Shown here: one piece after another, positions 1 through 15,600 of the stretch
Numbering within the stretch: position 1 is the stretch's first letter
Layout: each line of letters starts with the position of its first letter
From: Styela clava
Lineage: Eukaryota
Reading direction: 5' to 3'
NCBI RefSeq assembly: GCF_964204865.1
Contig: NC_135253.1
Location: forward strand, 14,322,001 to 14,386,000
DNA length: 64,000 bases
Notes under the pieces: generated by a model
Told to the model about the DNA's origin: nothing
What the model saw: only the letters and a program-made list of their open reading frames with translations
Database searches by the model: none
Position numbers and translations under genes: made by a program

Positions 1-288
1 TTCACAAACACAGATTCAAAAAATAAAGTTAAAGACAATGCTGTGCATGTATGTCCAGGTAAGGTGAAATCGAGATATATCTAACTTGAACTGATTAATT
101 TTCCATCTAATTTGTATTGATTGATTTTTAGGCGGACACATATTTTTGAATTAGCTGTTCCTGAGAGATGGACAATTGGATTTCTACAAAATGCAATATT
201 GGTTGCAGCAGAAATAGGAACAGAAATTTAAATATATTATTTACTCAAAAAAATAATGACAATATTATAAAAGTAAATATCATCCAAC

Positions 289-3200
289 CTCCGCTTTTAT
301 GGCTCTTTGTTTTGAGTCAGTGTCACCTTTCTCTTGATTTTCAACTCGTTGACGAAGCTTCAAAATTTCTTTCATATGATCCTCACGATCTTTTTGCATT
401 CCTTCCATCAATCTTGAAAGATTCATTTGAGCTTCACGTTCTTTTGCTTGAGACTGTTAAGTATTCAAGACATATAAAAAATGAAAATTCCACAATTATT
501 ACCTTGTATTATCTTTTAAAGAACACAGATAAATTGAATTAAAAACTGTAAAAAAGCTGGTCTTTGCTGTAGTTTTACTTTATATTTAAATTTTAATTTC
601 TTTTCACATAAATTTTTTTTTCTGAACGAATTTGAAAATTTGAAATGGAAATTTTATTGAACATTCAAGGCTCAGTAATAAGGGTAGAATGTTGTATTAT
701 GAAAAGAAAAAGAAGATAGAATAGCATATATATAAGAGATGCTGAGGTCTCCTAGGGGGGTCTGGTATTGTGGTAAGCTGAATTCCTGAAATTCAGTAGA
801 TCTCTTTAATCAACATAAGGGCATAGTTCGAAATCAAATGGAAGACACCTCATAAATATGCTTTGAATCCTTTGATTCACAAGAAATCACAGACTAATGT
901 TTCATCTCGGTTGGATTACTGTTTAATGAAGAGGAAATTTGTAAAAACTTAGTCTTTATGACACCAGTAAGTAGCTTTTGAAACTTTAGTGGTTGTCTGT
1001 AACTTCACTCAAAGATCATTGCCCTTGTTTCTGAGTGAGTGTGAGTGAATTTGCTTTGAGCGAATTGTCTTAAAAATCTGACACTGTTTACAAAATTGAA
1101 ATGTGTGAATGTGAATACCTGGTATAGTGTATTACTTTTAATTCAATTTCACCTGTTCAGCCCTCGATTCAGCTGCTTGTACTTTATCTTGCGATTGCTT
1201 TTTCAGGCTTGATACTTTCGCCAGCTCAGAATCGGCATATTGCTTCATATTTTGTTTTTCTTGCAGAGCGATCTTTTCTCTTTCTGTCACCTCTTCCATT
1301 TGCTTCAAAAGAGACTCTTCACGGGTTTGAGATGTTATTTTTAACTTTGTTAAACTGTCTTGCATTTCCTAAATTTATGCAGAGAAAAATGAATTAATGT
1401 AGAATGGTTTAATATTTTAACTCAATCTTTTGACAGTTACAATTTGCAAGGTAGAACTTGGTTTGGATTAGCTTTAAAATTGGCTCTTCTTAATGCCTGA
1501 AATTTTGTGATACATTAGATTCAACCAATCCATTTTAGACATTGGACTATTGTTATAGCTCGGCTGTGTGGCGCAACGTGCTTAGTGGTCTGTTTACTCT
1601 GCGCACTGAGGAAAAATGATGTGCAAGAGGATTGCTGGACTCCTCGCCGCCATAGTATGGTTCGCGATTCCGCTGGTCGGTTACAGCTCCCTGCACCATC
1701 AAGTCCATGTATCTGATACAAATAACTGTATGTGTGGGATTGAGTAACTTTTAGCACTGTGTTTTAATTGATAATACTTATACATAGAAGACAATATAAA
1801 ACATTACTACGATTACAATGGGTGGATCAATGAATTGACTAGCAATAAAGAAGGGATTTCTTGCCTCCAAACGTTCTTGTAATCTGGCAACAGCTTCTTT
1901 TGCTTTTTCTGCTTCATCTCTTCCTTCAGTTTGTGTTCCTGCTTCTGCTGTTGTGACAACAAACTTTTTCTTGCCCTATAAAGTAATAAATAATAGGATT
2001 ACAAAAATTAAATCTCAAGCAAAATTTCTAAAGCGAATTTTCGAAATACCAAGAAATGATGTGTCAATAGCATAGACATTTAATCACTAGGAAACCTGAA
2101 TTAACACAAAAATAATAAGAAAAAAATTGCTTCATATGATATAACGATATGATTCACCTATTTACGATAGGGAAGGGAAATATAAAAATACAGCCTGATT
2201 ATACGACAAAGTATGGTCTCTTGTCTGGTTGCCAACCCATGTCGGGAATAGTTAACTAGTTAATTGTTTCAGATGCAGGACTTAATGGTGGTGGAAATGG
2301 TAACAGACTAGCAATTACGACAAGTACAAAGCAGTCCAAGAATCCTCCCGCACATAATTATCGCTCATGGTATTTGAATGTGCGATTCTGTGCAGGGTAA
2401 TCGGGTGTGTGATAGCAAGTGTATGTGTTTATCTTTACTTGCAGAATTGGTTCCAAATGTGAAATAAAAAAAAAAAAAGCAGAATCTCATAAATAATACA
2501 GTTCTGAACTGCTTAGTTTTCCAGTGATCAGACTGAAACAATCAGTTTTCTAAACAACATGAAACAAAATTTGGAGTAAAACAATGGATCCAGACAAAAT
2601 GGAAATAAAATGAGAAAAATACTGCATTCTAGAAGACATTTTAACTATTGCAAATTCAAGAGCAATGGGTCAAAAAAAAGCATAACAACAATTTATTAAA
2701 ATGATCTCAAGAATAACTTTGGAGTCTAAAAAAATCTGCAAATGGCCTATAAACATCTTGTAAAATTAACAGTTAACACAGAAACACTGAAATCAAAGAA
2801 TCCTACCTGTTTCTTCATCATCCCAGTACCAACATTGTTTGTCTCTCTAGATTGTGGGATATGTTTTGTAGATTTCATTGAAACGACTGATTGCTTGAAA
2901 ATCTGTTTATCAATATCACAACTGGCTTGACTCCCTGTTTCACTACGCTGCTCCGACAAATCTTAAAAAAGAAAAATACCGTGACTGGAGCTTCGCAATA
3001 TCAAGATGATTTTTAGATTGAGGTTGAAATATAGTTCTAAAATACAGCCACAGATTTAGATACTCTATAACTACAATTTTTATTGAATTATATATCTTTA
3101 GACCAGTGGTTCTCAAATATTTTTCTTTTGTGGCCCATTTTCATTGCTCAAAAATTCTGTGGCCTACAGAATGCAAATTAAACACTTAAAATAAACACTT

Positions 3201-3681
3201 TTATTTAAATAATCAGAATGCAAATTACCACTCAGCAGCAAATATAGCATCATCATTCATAGCCACTACAATCAAAATTTAACCACAGGGACAAAAATAA
3301 AACTGAATTTATTAACTCTTGCTATTTTCATTGGGTTTGTGGCCCATTTGAAAATATTATTCCAGCAATGGGTCATGGCCCATCTGTTGAGAACTGGTAA
3401 CTTAGATCAATCTGATAAACTTATTTACCTTCTAAAGAATACATGCTTGAAGTCTCTGAATTTTGGCTTCTTTTCATATGTGGTGAATCGTTTCCATTGA
3501 ATTGATCAAGTTTGTTATCCAGACTACTATTATCAGACCCTCCAATCAAGTTAATTATATCAGATTCTTCTGCCAGAGCTCCCATATAAAATTCTTGAGC
3601 AAATTGGGACAATCCGATGGCATCCAAATCCGTTGTAAAATCATGATCAATTATGGAAGATGAACAAGAACCTCTGTCAGT
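289..3681 (-). CDS. TTC3: TTC3-like exons 3681-3429, 2961-2807, 1975-1865, 1368-1153, 453-289 (disordered linker and coiled coil)
   Basis: Phase-consistent exons; E/K/Q-rich heptad sequence (EMQDSLTKLK..., REAQMNLSRL...RAIKAE); one inferred GC donor at 1864. Confidence 0.75.
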
Positions 3682-6600
3682 CTGAGATACAAAATAATAT
3701 TAAAACATACCATTGCTATAGGGCAGTGATTTTCAACTAGTATTTTGTTGAGGCACATCATTGAGGTCTAAAATTTGCTGAGGTAATAATAGCTATAAAA
3801 TTGACGAATGGCAATGAACTTGGTGGAGAAAGGTACTCAAAACAATTAAAGTGCTGGTATAATATTTGACGACAGCTTTTATTGTGGAAAGTGCACGGAA
3901 TTCTTATACATATTGTTTAAATACAAGGATGTCTGAAACTCCTAAATTCTTGTACATGATTCTGTGTCCTGAATCTGATATTTGTTGTCTTTGATAAAGG
4001 CCAGAAAAGTTTCTGGCAACTGCGATGTCGCTGTTTCACAATATCACTTTATGTTGTACATCTCGAACGCCGCGAGGATTAAGTAACACAAATGGAAGGA
4101 TTTACAATAAGGATGTACAATATAAGTTTAATTGATATTTATATTATTTGGATTGTTTTTGCCCTACTTTGAGAAATGGTGGGTAACCGAAAAAAACTTG
4201 TCACATCAGTAATTCCTAATCTCTGCTATAGAGGTAAGGCAAGCAAAATAAATTGATATTATTCATCACTTGGAGTTTTATTTTGTAAATTAAAATTTGT
4301 GACATGAAGTATAAAATAGCTAGTGAACTCCCCGGATGTATTTTTTATATGTGGTTTTCACTCTCTCACTCCACACTTGACTCGAGTACAATCGTATATT
4401 CAGCTAGAGATACATAAAGATATATAAGCTCAAAATACTCACATGTTCGACATAATCTCCAGTGAGTTTCCTTAATTGAGCATGATGAGAATGAACACCA
4501 ATATAAGGCGGGATTTGAATAAACCTAAAATTTTTAAAATAACAAAAAATGAAATCCCATTAATTTATTTGACACAATGTTTTCATTCACTTTTCATTCC
4601 GAATAAGACTTTGCACAAGCCGTGAGGAGTTACCATATTTAGAGAAACCATAATCTTTCCAGTTCGGAATTGCCGAAAAAATTTATCACACCATGGGTGT
4701 GGCGGAAAGCAAGAGATTTGATCCTGAGATTTTACCTGCAATGCCAATATAGTCCAACGCTTACCCACAAAACGCTAAAACAGGGTCGACCAACCCATGG
4801 CCGGCCGAAGGTATCAGAGTGGCCAACGCGGTATTATTCGATTCTCAATATCTTTAACCATTATTGAAACCTCTAATGAAAAAAAATATCCCCCATCATT
4901 CAAACCTCCGAGAAGCACCACCCAGCTATCGAAAGCTCAGTTATTTCCCTTTGTGAGCGTTATTGCTGGAGAGAGTTTGAATTTATTTTTATCGTCTGCC
5001 ATGTATTTCAATCTGTTTTTCTGTCTTTTTCCTGTGAAGCTAGAAGAGGCAGTTTTTATGACCTCAATATTTGACAGCACTTAGGCTACTTGTACGAGCA
5101 AGTTTTTTTCGCGGATAACCATGTTAAATCCCCCCTGAGATCACTAATTTCTGACAGTCATATGAAAACTTCACTATGCATTGCAGCATCTTCCATCGCA
5201 TCGAACATTGACAAACTTATTAGATAAAAGCTGCGTCATACTTGACATTGAAATATCTATGTGTGATGAAAACTTTTGACCTAACTGTGTCTTCGTTTTT
5301 TCATTGTTTTTATAATTTTGAGTTTTGAGGGTTTCTGTTTTTTTATTAATCTGTAGTCGATGTTGTGAAAACTAGAACATAACAACAATGTCAAGTGGCC
5401 CGCACAATCATTCGTAAACTAAATGTGGCCATTTGGCTAAAAAGGTTGGACAACCCTGCGCTAAAAGAAAAGACTTTAAAAGAGCAATCGTGTTTACGCA
5501 ATTACATAAGTAACGAGGGAATAGAAGTATGAATGGAATGGTTATAATGTTATGGAAGAAATACTTACAGAGGGCTTGAATTAAGAAAAGCTATCAGTCC
5601 TCCACATTTGTTTACAATTTGTTTCATATCTTGCGGTAATATTATGAGTTGACTTGAAAATAATTCATCATTTGTGTCGAGAGGTCCTTTCACTGTAAAG
5701 AAATCTTGAAAATATCTGAAAATAAGTGTGATAATTATAATTCATCAGTACAAAAATGATTAGGTGGCGGTCTTTACTTTTATCCAGCAAAAAAAGGTGT
5801 TTGCGACAAAATACAGTAGCGGAAGTAATAAATTATTCAATTTGACACTATGGCCAATTATAATGATGCTCATAAGCAGAATTTTTCAGAACTAAATTCT
5901 TCCATTTTTGTTTGTGCCATGCTTCGAAAACTTTCAACACTCGTGGACCGTGGCCTCTTGCTCTTACATGAAAATATCTAGTTTTTCTCTTTAACATGTT
6001 TGCATCAATTATTTTATTAGACGCGTTCAATGGAAGATAAAGAGCCAACAATCGACGAAGTGAAAGGATAAATGCATTAAGGAAAATTAACAAATCCAGG
6101 TTAGCTCACTCTAAATGAATATGGTCATTGCTAATGGCACTTTGGGAAAGCCGCTGCCCATGCCCCCAGAGAACTGCCCCATGGGTGGTGCAAGAGCCCA
6201 GTTTGATCTAAAAAATCAGGACTCTCATCCTGTGGTGCATTAAGTGAACCTTTTGAATATTAATCATTCTTGAAATACAATGATTGCATTGCACTTTACC
6301 CACAACTGAATGGAAACAATCTTAAAAAGCCTCGGTTTCACACGATTTTTAGTAAACTTCTTCAATTTTAAAAATATCATTAACATTTTTCGTTTAATAT
6401 GAATGACTAACTATATTCATTAGTTTTTGATAGTCATTAGAATCAATTGCGACTTACTCGAACAGAAACGGCATTTTATATTTCTCATCATCAGTAAAAT
6501 GTACATTTTCATCATTATGACTCAACGAATGTTCAAATTGATCAATTTCTTCACGAAGATCGTCAGGTAGAAAGAACGAAGTACACTCAACTTTCGCCCT

Positions 6601-9600
6601 GAAATATAGAAAATTGGAATATAATTTTCATGTCATCCACAAAAAGATGAAAGCCTATAATAGGACTTAACCATAAGAATAGACTAGGCTCTGTGGTGGA
6701 GCAATTCCTCCACGTAACCGCTCAAGTCCATGCTTCTGAAAACAAATAACCGGCTAACTAATTCCATACAAGACATGGATTGCTAACCGGACGTGAAACC
6801 GTGATTCGACAAATGATTTAGCTGTCTTATCGGCTTTCCTCTCCCCCAGAATAAATATGTAAGTCATACCCTAGTAATGGCGGAAATATGTAAATCCTAA
6901 TAGTGGAGGAAGCAGTGGTAATCAACCAACATAGTCTAGTTTTTCACATAATCATCACTAAGTAGATTTGACTCCCTAAGGGTGAACCCCATCTACAGCA
7001 CAATATTGACAGCATTTCTAATTTTCTTAGGTATATTATCTTACTATACTATAGTATCAAAATCTCAAATTATATAATGGAACAGTATATAGTTTGAAAT
7101 ATCTGTGAGTTATTATGTAAAACAATGAATTATCAATGCCATAAATCTATTAAAAAAGATAGGATTAGGTAAAGTATAAAAACGACTTAATACCATTCCT
7201 AAACAATGTCTGACATCAGTGACATGGGATTTTAAACAATTCAAGTCATTACTGCTAAAGGAACAACTACCGTAGTTGTCAGTCTTGCAACAGATAAATT
7301 TTTAGTTAATAATTATGACATCACAGTAGGCAATGGAAAAAGGTATTCGGTAAAAGCCAATGAATTATGGGAAAATAGTAGATTCACATTTCAAAACAAT
7401 CATCTCATTCATAATTAGAATAATGTCAACAACATCCAATAAGCAATATACATACTTATCAATTGCTTCGATGATTTCCTCTATACTCATATGTCTACGA
7501 TATCCTGGGAGAGATGAACAAAATTGTTGCAGAGATACGGGACCCATTCGCTTGTTGTTTCGATTTCGATTTCTAGAAGCCTGTACCTGTGAAAATTTTT
7601 GAAAAAGAAGATATATATATTTCACAATATGCTTGAATAAAGTGAGAATGAAAGCATCTATGTTGAATGAATCTTCGCGAAGAAGTCTTCTTATTAAAAC
7701 CAGTTGTTCTCGAACTTTCATGACATATGGCCCCCTTCCAAATACTCTCAACACTCTTGCTTTTCACAAAGGAAAACCATTTTTTTTTAACGTTTTTCCA
7801 TCAGTTCAATATCGACATAAAAATGTTAATAAATGAAGGTAAAAGAATGAATGCGTAATAGTCGAAGAATTAAACAAACCACAATCAAATTGACGTAGTC
7901 ATCACAAATGGCAGAAGGCCTTTGCTGGTGGCCACTGTGAACTGATCTGTGGCCCCCTGAGTGGGTACAAAGAGGGCACAGGTCGAGAAACTCTGTTCAG
8001 TACTAAAAAGCAATCTATGCTTAGCTCAAAGTGTTGGGAATGTGCCTTCGAATGAAACGCGGTTCAGGATTTGAATCCTGTGGAAGATGATTATGTGGGA
8101 ATAAATTGTTGGACTTATTGCTATTCTTATAATCATGATAAGCTCAGTTATTTCAATTTTATTCAAATATAATGAGACACAGTCTGACTTCACAAAAGCC
8201 TAAAAAAGCCTACTTTTTGAGAATTGTCAGCACCAGTATTCTTCACGTAAACCTTCGCATCTGTGAGATCCTTGTCTGCAGGGATGTGAACTAAAAATGA
8301 AAAGAACAATTTTTGCTGATATTGTATAAACAAAGCACAGCGATGAAACTCATATACTTCTGTAGCTAGCCTAATAAAATGCAACATGACAAAATTCGGC
8401 AATTTTCGACACCATGAGATACAAGACAATGTAAATTTTTTTGTAAAGCTACACCATAAAATATGGAGAGATTTTAGATATTAAATTTGGACAATTTCCT
8501 TTCCTCATAATAGTTTCTGCTTTTCTAGACACTACTTTGGAGTGGAACAACACATGTTACAACGGTATGCATAAAGACTATTGAAATTAAATTGAATGAA
8601 AGTAGTACAATAATTTTAAATTTCTTACCATTTGAAAAACTTTGACGAATTTTATTTTTTGTCGATTGCTGCAAAAAGTAGAAATATATTTTACATTTGA
8701 ACTGGCATAATTACCGTAGTAGCAGATCCATTTGCATTTTTGCCTCAGAGAAAATGAGTCAATTAGAGACCACGAAATTACCGTATAACGGTAAACTATT
8801 ATCATAATTTAGTTTTAAATCACTGTCTGGGTATACTGCTGTCAGTGGAATAGTTACAGAATATGGTTACTAGATGAATATGAGTTGCAATAAACTACCC
8901 TATAAAAAGAAGCTTTTAACAAGCTTGGCGAATAAAAAACAGAGCTTATATGAAAATTTTTATCAATGAACCATGTATGAAAAGATATAAAAGATCAATA
9001 GCTTTCATGTATACAAATACACTTTTCATGAAAAGGTTGAAATTGCATAATAATGATGGATGAGTCTGCTTACAGAAATAAAAATATTTTGGGTCGCTGC
9101 GAGAAATTGTTGAGTAAATAACGAGCACATAATGCTTTTTTCTTGACATATTTAAGTGCTGCACGAAACGTCATTGGTTGCAAATTTATTTTCAAGTTAA
9201 TGAGACTTTCACATCAAACTACCAGAAATAGTTTTTTGTTAAAGTGAATAATATTCTTGAGTATGCCTCGTTCAGAGTGAAAGACAAAATGTGGCTTGCT
9301 TTTTTTATTTTAAATACATTACAGGGTGACTCAGAGAAAAACAGAACCCATAAATGTATTTAGCGATCAAACTTTTGCATCTCGTAGCGTTGCTCGTTAA
9401 CCAGCTTTGGATCAGCGCGACTTCCCTTCCCCAGTAAAACTGTAAATTAACATTTTCTTCTAATTCTGTTTCTGGGATACATTTTTTACTTGTTGAAAAA
9501 CTTGACTTGACCTGGACAACACACTACAAAAAAATTATTTCGTCTTCAAAATAGGTCACCAATGACTCAGGTTTTCTTGTTAATAAATTGGAACTTAATC

Positions 9601-12600
9601 TTGTTCTAATCTTAACTTTATTTCACTATTAGTGTTAACTATAAAAAAATTTTGTATGAAAATCAAACCAAACCTTTATATTATGAAGATTAGTGTCATC
9701 TGATTTTCGATATGCTCTTCTTTTCTTCTTTTTCGCAGTTTCCGCCTCTCTATATTTTCTTAAATTAAATTCACTCTTTGATGTTCGCCGATCATATTTC
9801 GTCCCTTGAATTTTGTTTTCCTTGCCTCTACTTTCATTAGGTAATTTCTAGGAAAGAAAGTAATATCAGAATCAGTAAATAATGCCAAATAACATATGTA
9901 CGATATATTATTTGGGCAAAATTGAAGAAAAGGTAATAAAAATTGTTTTCTGGTCGGTCTATAATCATAAGTAAATCTTACCAGGTCTTTCTTGTATGCA
10001 GCATTTTCATCAAACATTTTAATTAAAATAATTTTTCCGTGACAATCTGGAGTGTAGCAATCTGATCCTAATACATCCTGTAAGAATAATCATAGTTAAA
10101 AAATAGTTAAATAAAGAAATCAATGTGATGGTACCCTAAAAATAATCTCGAAGATAACTTTATAAATTATATTCTACAAACATAGAGGTAAACATCCAGA
10201 AATTTAAAATTAATTCTAGCTAAGAGTATTGAGTGTGTGTTGAGTGTTACTGAGCTAGTGAGAAACCAATTTCTTGCTTATTAACAGTCTTTTTACATGA
10301 CTTTTGACACAAAGACACTTTAGCTGACATATTAGTTTATATACACAAAATACCATCTTATTATTTAACAAAATTGCATGGTATTCAGCAAAACATATTT
10401 CGACTTTTTCAGTAAAGAAACTTTTATCTTTTTGAGAAAGTTTGCTGATATCGAGTTCACGTAGGCTTATCTTGGAACAAAAAAAAATATGTAATCAACA
10501 AAATGCCAAAACTACTGATACTATATGAAAATTACGATTCTGAATTATACAACAGTAACTAGGTTGCCATGATACTTGAAGCAAGTCAAGTCAATATGAA
10601 CAAGAAAAGGGGCTGTAAGGTAACTTTCCTAAACAGTTTTTTGGTTATTTCAAGTTTGATCAATGATCAACCAATGGAGGTATGCCAAAAAATCAGCAGC
10701 ATACGCTAACCATCACAATAAATTTCAAGGACAATAATAATTAAATTCTACAACCCATAACCAATTTTATAGATGAGAGAAACAAAGAACAAATCTACTC
10801 AGAGAAGTTCAATTTCAATGAGGCAAATATTCATAATATTTTACATACCTTGTCACCACTCACTCTGAGTACTTGATGTTTGAATTTTGACCAACATCTC
10901 AAGTGATAGCTCAATTTACACGACCAATCACAAGAAATTGCAAAGTAACCCTGTAAGAATGGTATTATTTCTGATTTTTTTCACATCGGATCATCCATAT
11001 CATTTAGGAATACGAGTTTCTACATTAAAGTAAGTGCAGGAAAATAATAATAGTGAATTACTTATATCGGCAAATCGAATCATCATAATGGTGTTTTAAA
11101 ATGTCAAAAAAACTTTTGCATAAAATTGAATTTTTAAATGTCATTGTCCTAGGTTAAGGGTACAATGAATGTATAATAAGCACAACAGTCGGAAAAAGGA
11201 GAGTGAGGTATTCCAAAGACTATATAATATAAACAATGAATCAGGTTAACAAAAGAGTTTTTGCAACAAGAGACTACTCATTTAACATAAAAATATGTCA
11301 TGCAATCCCATAATTTAAATTATTTTCCAATCCATGTTAGATATCCACTAACTATACAAGAACTCTTGATAACAAACCTCAAAATCCAGATCATTGACAT
11401 AAATAGATTTTCTCTGATAATCTTTCAAACATGCTTCATATTGACAAATAGCAGTAGGTATAGGAGGAACTTTGCATTGTTTTAGTAAAAGACAGATTTC
11501 TCGTCTCAAAAATCTTTCATTGGATTCAGGGATGTATTCTGTAGTGCCTGTTGATATAGAAAATGACACAATGACCAAGTTTTAAAGCAGATTGATATAT
11601 TAGGTTAGAGATCCAAGCTTCTTTCATTCACAGATTCACACATCTCATCACTTTGGTAGGTTAAGCTGATTTGTATATAGTTTCATGGGTGTAATGGTCT
11701 AGCGCTTGGGTGGGCAATAACTTTCCTACTTACTACCACTTACAGATAATAGACTTGGTTACTGGGCCGATGTATAAAACTCAATATGAAATTATGAATA
11801 TAAAATACAGTTTATTTACAAATAACTAGTTTCGAAAACAATCACCTGTCTGTTCATTTCACTGATGTCATGCAATAGAAGTTTGTCGCCGGAAATGCAT
11901 TAAAAGTATTGGAATATTGGAAAGATTAGCAAGTGATGTGAGTATAGACCGAATACTGGAATTTAAGCGCTGAAATTGATGTACGGGCAGAAGGATAAAA
12001 TATGTTGCAGACTCAACTGTGTTGGCATCGCAGGATACATATATCAGATTCAAATCCGATTTTAATCGCCTAACCCAACATGTAATAAATTGGATAAGCA
12101 ACATCGAACCAGAAAGATTCCAGTTTTTCCAAAAATAGGAGTTCCTTACATATCAGTTACTGCTTGCTTGTTCGAAGAGAAATTTGTGAAAAAGCGATAT
12201 ATAAAAAATACAGTTGAAATGGGAACCTGATGGCTTGTGTGTTCGATTTGTTGTGGTTTATATTGGAATTTTATTGAGAAATATAATCATCTCAACATAC
12301 AGAGGAGAGATGAAGAAATAGACAATGTACCTGGCCAACTCAATAAACCATTGACTGGAAATTTGTTCAATGTCTTCAAAGCAACAGTTCCTTCCTTCAA
12401 TGCAATGTCAAAGCTACAAGAACAAAAATAAAAGATTAATTACAAGTCAAATCTATTTTTCCGTAAATACAAGGCTGTTATTGCACACAATTAAGCGGTG
12501 GAAACAACCCGATTGACTGGTGAAACACCAACTTAACTTCATATTTATGAGGGTGACCCATAGATATGGCTATATTAGGGTGACCTAAAAAAAGCCTGCA

Positions 12601-15600
12601 GCTTATCCCAATAAATCAACTCAATTTGATTGAAACGATTTGATACTTTTTCCACACCAGACATGCAAGATGAAACCATATCAAAAGCAGAGGCAATGGT
12701 TTGCAACATGATTATGCTATTCTATTTTCTAGGCAACACAATTATATAATCATTTCTATCCTGGTACAACACCATTGTAAAATACTTTACATTCAAAACT
12801 CAAAAAAAAAAAACTGCAACTTACTCATTCAATAGGTAGATTGATTTTGCATCAGCAAATTGAACCATGCAGGTGTGAGAAAATGCTTTATGTTCAGTAA
12901 TGATTCGACCAAAATATTTTCTTGAAGTATTGATGTCCAATGGAGTACCTTGTCGCTGTGATGACATTCCACGAGAATACAACAAAGTAGCAACATCATT
13001 GTCATTACACCCACGAATCTGTTAAATATTAAAATTTATTAAGTCGATTTCTTGCTTTAGCAAAGGGTGGAATATCTGGATAGTTATGTATTCTAGAGAT
13101 TTAAGTTTAATGCAATTTCCACCATTTTGATAGCTCATATTGGAGAAAAATCATAATACATGCCATTTACTACATAACATTGACAATTTGTTTCAGTCAG
13201 TGGGATTCATTGGACATCACTAGTTAAATCTGTAGAATGACTGAAAAGTTATAGTCCACATCCACACATAACGCAAACTAATTGGGGAGACTCTATTTCT
13301 TTGATGCAAAATGACATTTGAAATATAATAATTTAAATTGTGATTATCTAGCGAACATAGGAGCATATTTATATGCAAGATTGAGTCTATTAGATAGTTT
13401 CGTCTCCTTAAATACGATAAACAACATTTCCTACCACGAATGTATCAACCTATATTTTGCGTTAATATCCACTAAACTTTTTGAGCCACTTTATCATTAC
13501 TACTTTCAAATTTTACATTGAAACACATTTTACAACTGGGGGTATCGAGACATCCAAAATCTGTCATTCTATCATTTGAGAAATACTCATAGAATAGAAA
13601 ATTTCGGCCACAGCTGCACAACAATCTGTTATATCTCACTGATAGTGGAAATAGCAAATAATTGGACGAAATGATAAACAAACCTCTTTGTGTTTTTCCA
13701 CAAAATCAATGGCAAGTGAATACGATTTACATGCATCTCTGTAACAATCTTTGAGAAAATAAAAAGTAGCTTTTTCCATATAAGATTCAAATTCCTTCTG
13801 AACTTCTTTTTCTTTTCTTTCTTTTTTCTCCCTCTAGAATATTAAATAATAAGAATAATAAATAGAAATAAATGAATGTAAAAAATATATATAAATTCAA
13901 ATCCATTCAATATTATTGAATTACAAGATTTGACTCTAGATTTGACAAACCATAGTAGGACATTCAAAGATTCCCCCATAATAACTAAAAAATATAGTTC
14001 TGAGTAGTTTCTAATATTCTTAGAAATAGGCCATGAAAAATTCAGAATGAACTCAAAAATTAGTCTAGCAATGCTTCACCACATAATTACCCCAACAATA
14101 GTAATACGATAGCAAGTTTATTCGTAATGCATTACAATGCATCAATGTAAATTTGAAAAATGACTCAAAAATTGTGAATCCAAATGCAAATTTTTTTGAC
14201 GTTTTGCATGTGAATAATTTCAAACAATAAGGTTTGGTTTTAGTGTCAGTTATTACCGTAATTATGGTATCAAGTATAATATCATACCGACAACAATAGC
14301 TGTCTTCTCTCTTCTTCAATCTTTTTCTTTTCTTCACTTTTTTTCTGAAAGGAATTAATTTGCTTTAAAATAACCAGTACATAATACAGGCATATGTTCA
14401 AAAGAAAAAAACATGTACAAATATTGTCTAATAATTTATTTAGAATTTCGATATATGAATATATGACAAAGTGGTTAACAATGGACGTAAGTACATTGGT
14501 ACGAAAGGTTAAAAATCCCAAATCTATGGATACAAAAAGTTGACGACTCGATGCAAACAAGTAGCAGCATAAGACCATTTTGAGGCAGGAGCGAATGCAA
14601 TGGCGTCCCTAAATACACATACATTGAAAGGGTCACGCAGGTTGATATTTTCCACTTAGTCCAACTATAACATTTCGGTCGAATCCATGCTGTACTCTGT
14701 CAGATTTAGCATATATGAAAACAGTTCATGAGCAATTTATCAATCTGCAAGTCAGTTATTGAATAAACTTAATAAAATTCTAAATTCCACACAAGCATGG
14801 GAAATGTTTCCTTTGGATGACAGATTAGCGGTTATGTTTTTTTTATTTATACTCAGACAAGCATGGCCCAAACGTAGAGTAAGAGTACAACATAACCACA
14901 AGGCATCCTTGGTAAAATCATTCAATATCAACTTTAACGCTTAGTAATAATCGGATTATTTGTAAAATGTATTTTTCACATAATACTGAGCAAGATAAAG
15001 CCAGAACCACTCCTGACTTCTGGTTTGATTATAGACTAAACACGATTGGATACGGTCTGTCGATATTATGAAAATTCATTCATAAAGTCACATTACTTAG
15101 TCACGTATAAAACATAAATCTTCAACGGGGATTCATAATAAGACATCAGCTCAACGGCACAGGTGCACACTTGTCACTTTTATTCATAACAATACGAAAC
15201 TCAACGCCTAAAAGTACTTTCCCAATTTCCGCTCATATAAGTTTTGGATTGTGGATTAACCAAGAAATTGACGGATAGCACAAAAAAAAACCGCAAAGAC
15301 GGTAAACTAAGGCAAAAGTTGCAAATGATAAAATTGTTTTTTTCTCAAAAATTTCAAGAAAAGACTGATATATCATTCGTGGTAAATTATAAGAATTCTT
15401 GTGAAATGAATGGTTATTTCCATGAATGATGTGGAAATGTCACGCCCGATATTGCCATATCCAATCGTGCGTATATGTCGACAATTCAAATCGTCCGAAA
15501 CCGGGTACAAATAGAATGAAAGAAAGAACTATCTCGGAATGGGATTACGTATTTCGGACAATTGGATTTCATTATCGCAGAAAACAAGCTTTTAGTAGTT

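Noticed and set aside
11685-11730. tRNA-like GGTGTAATGGTCTAGCGC
   Set aside because: A-box-like only; no T-arm/B box or acceptor stem.
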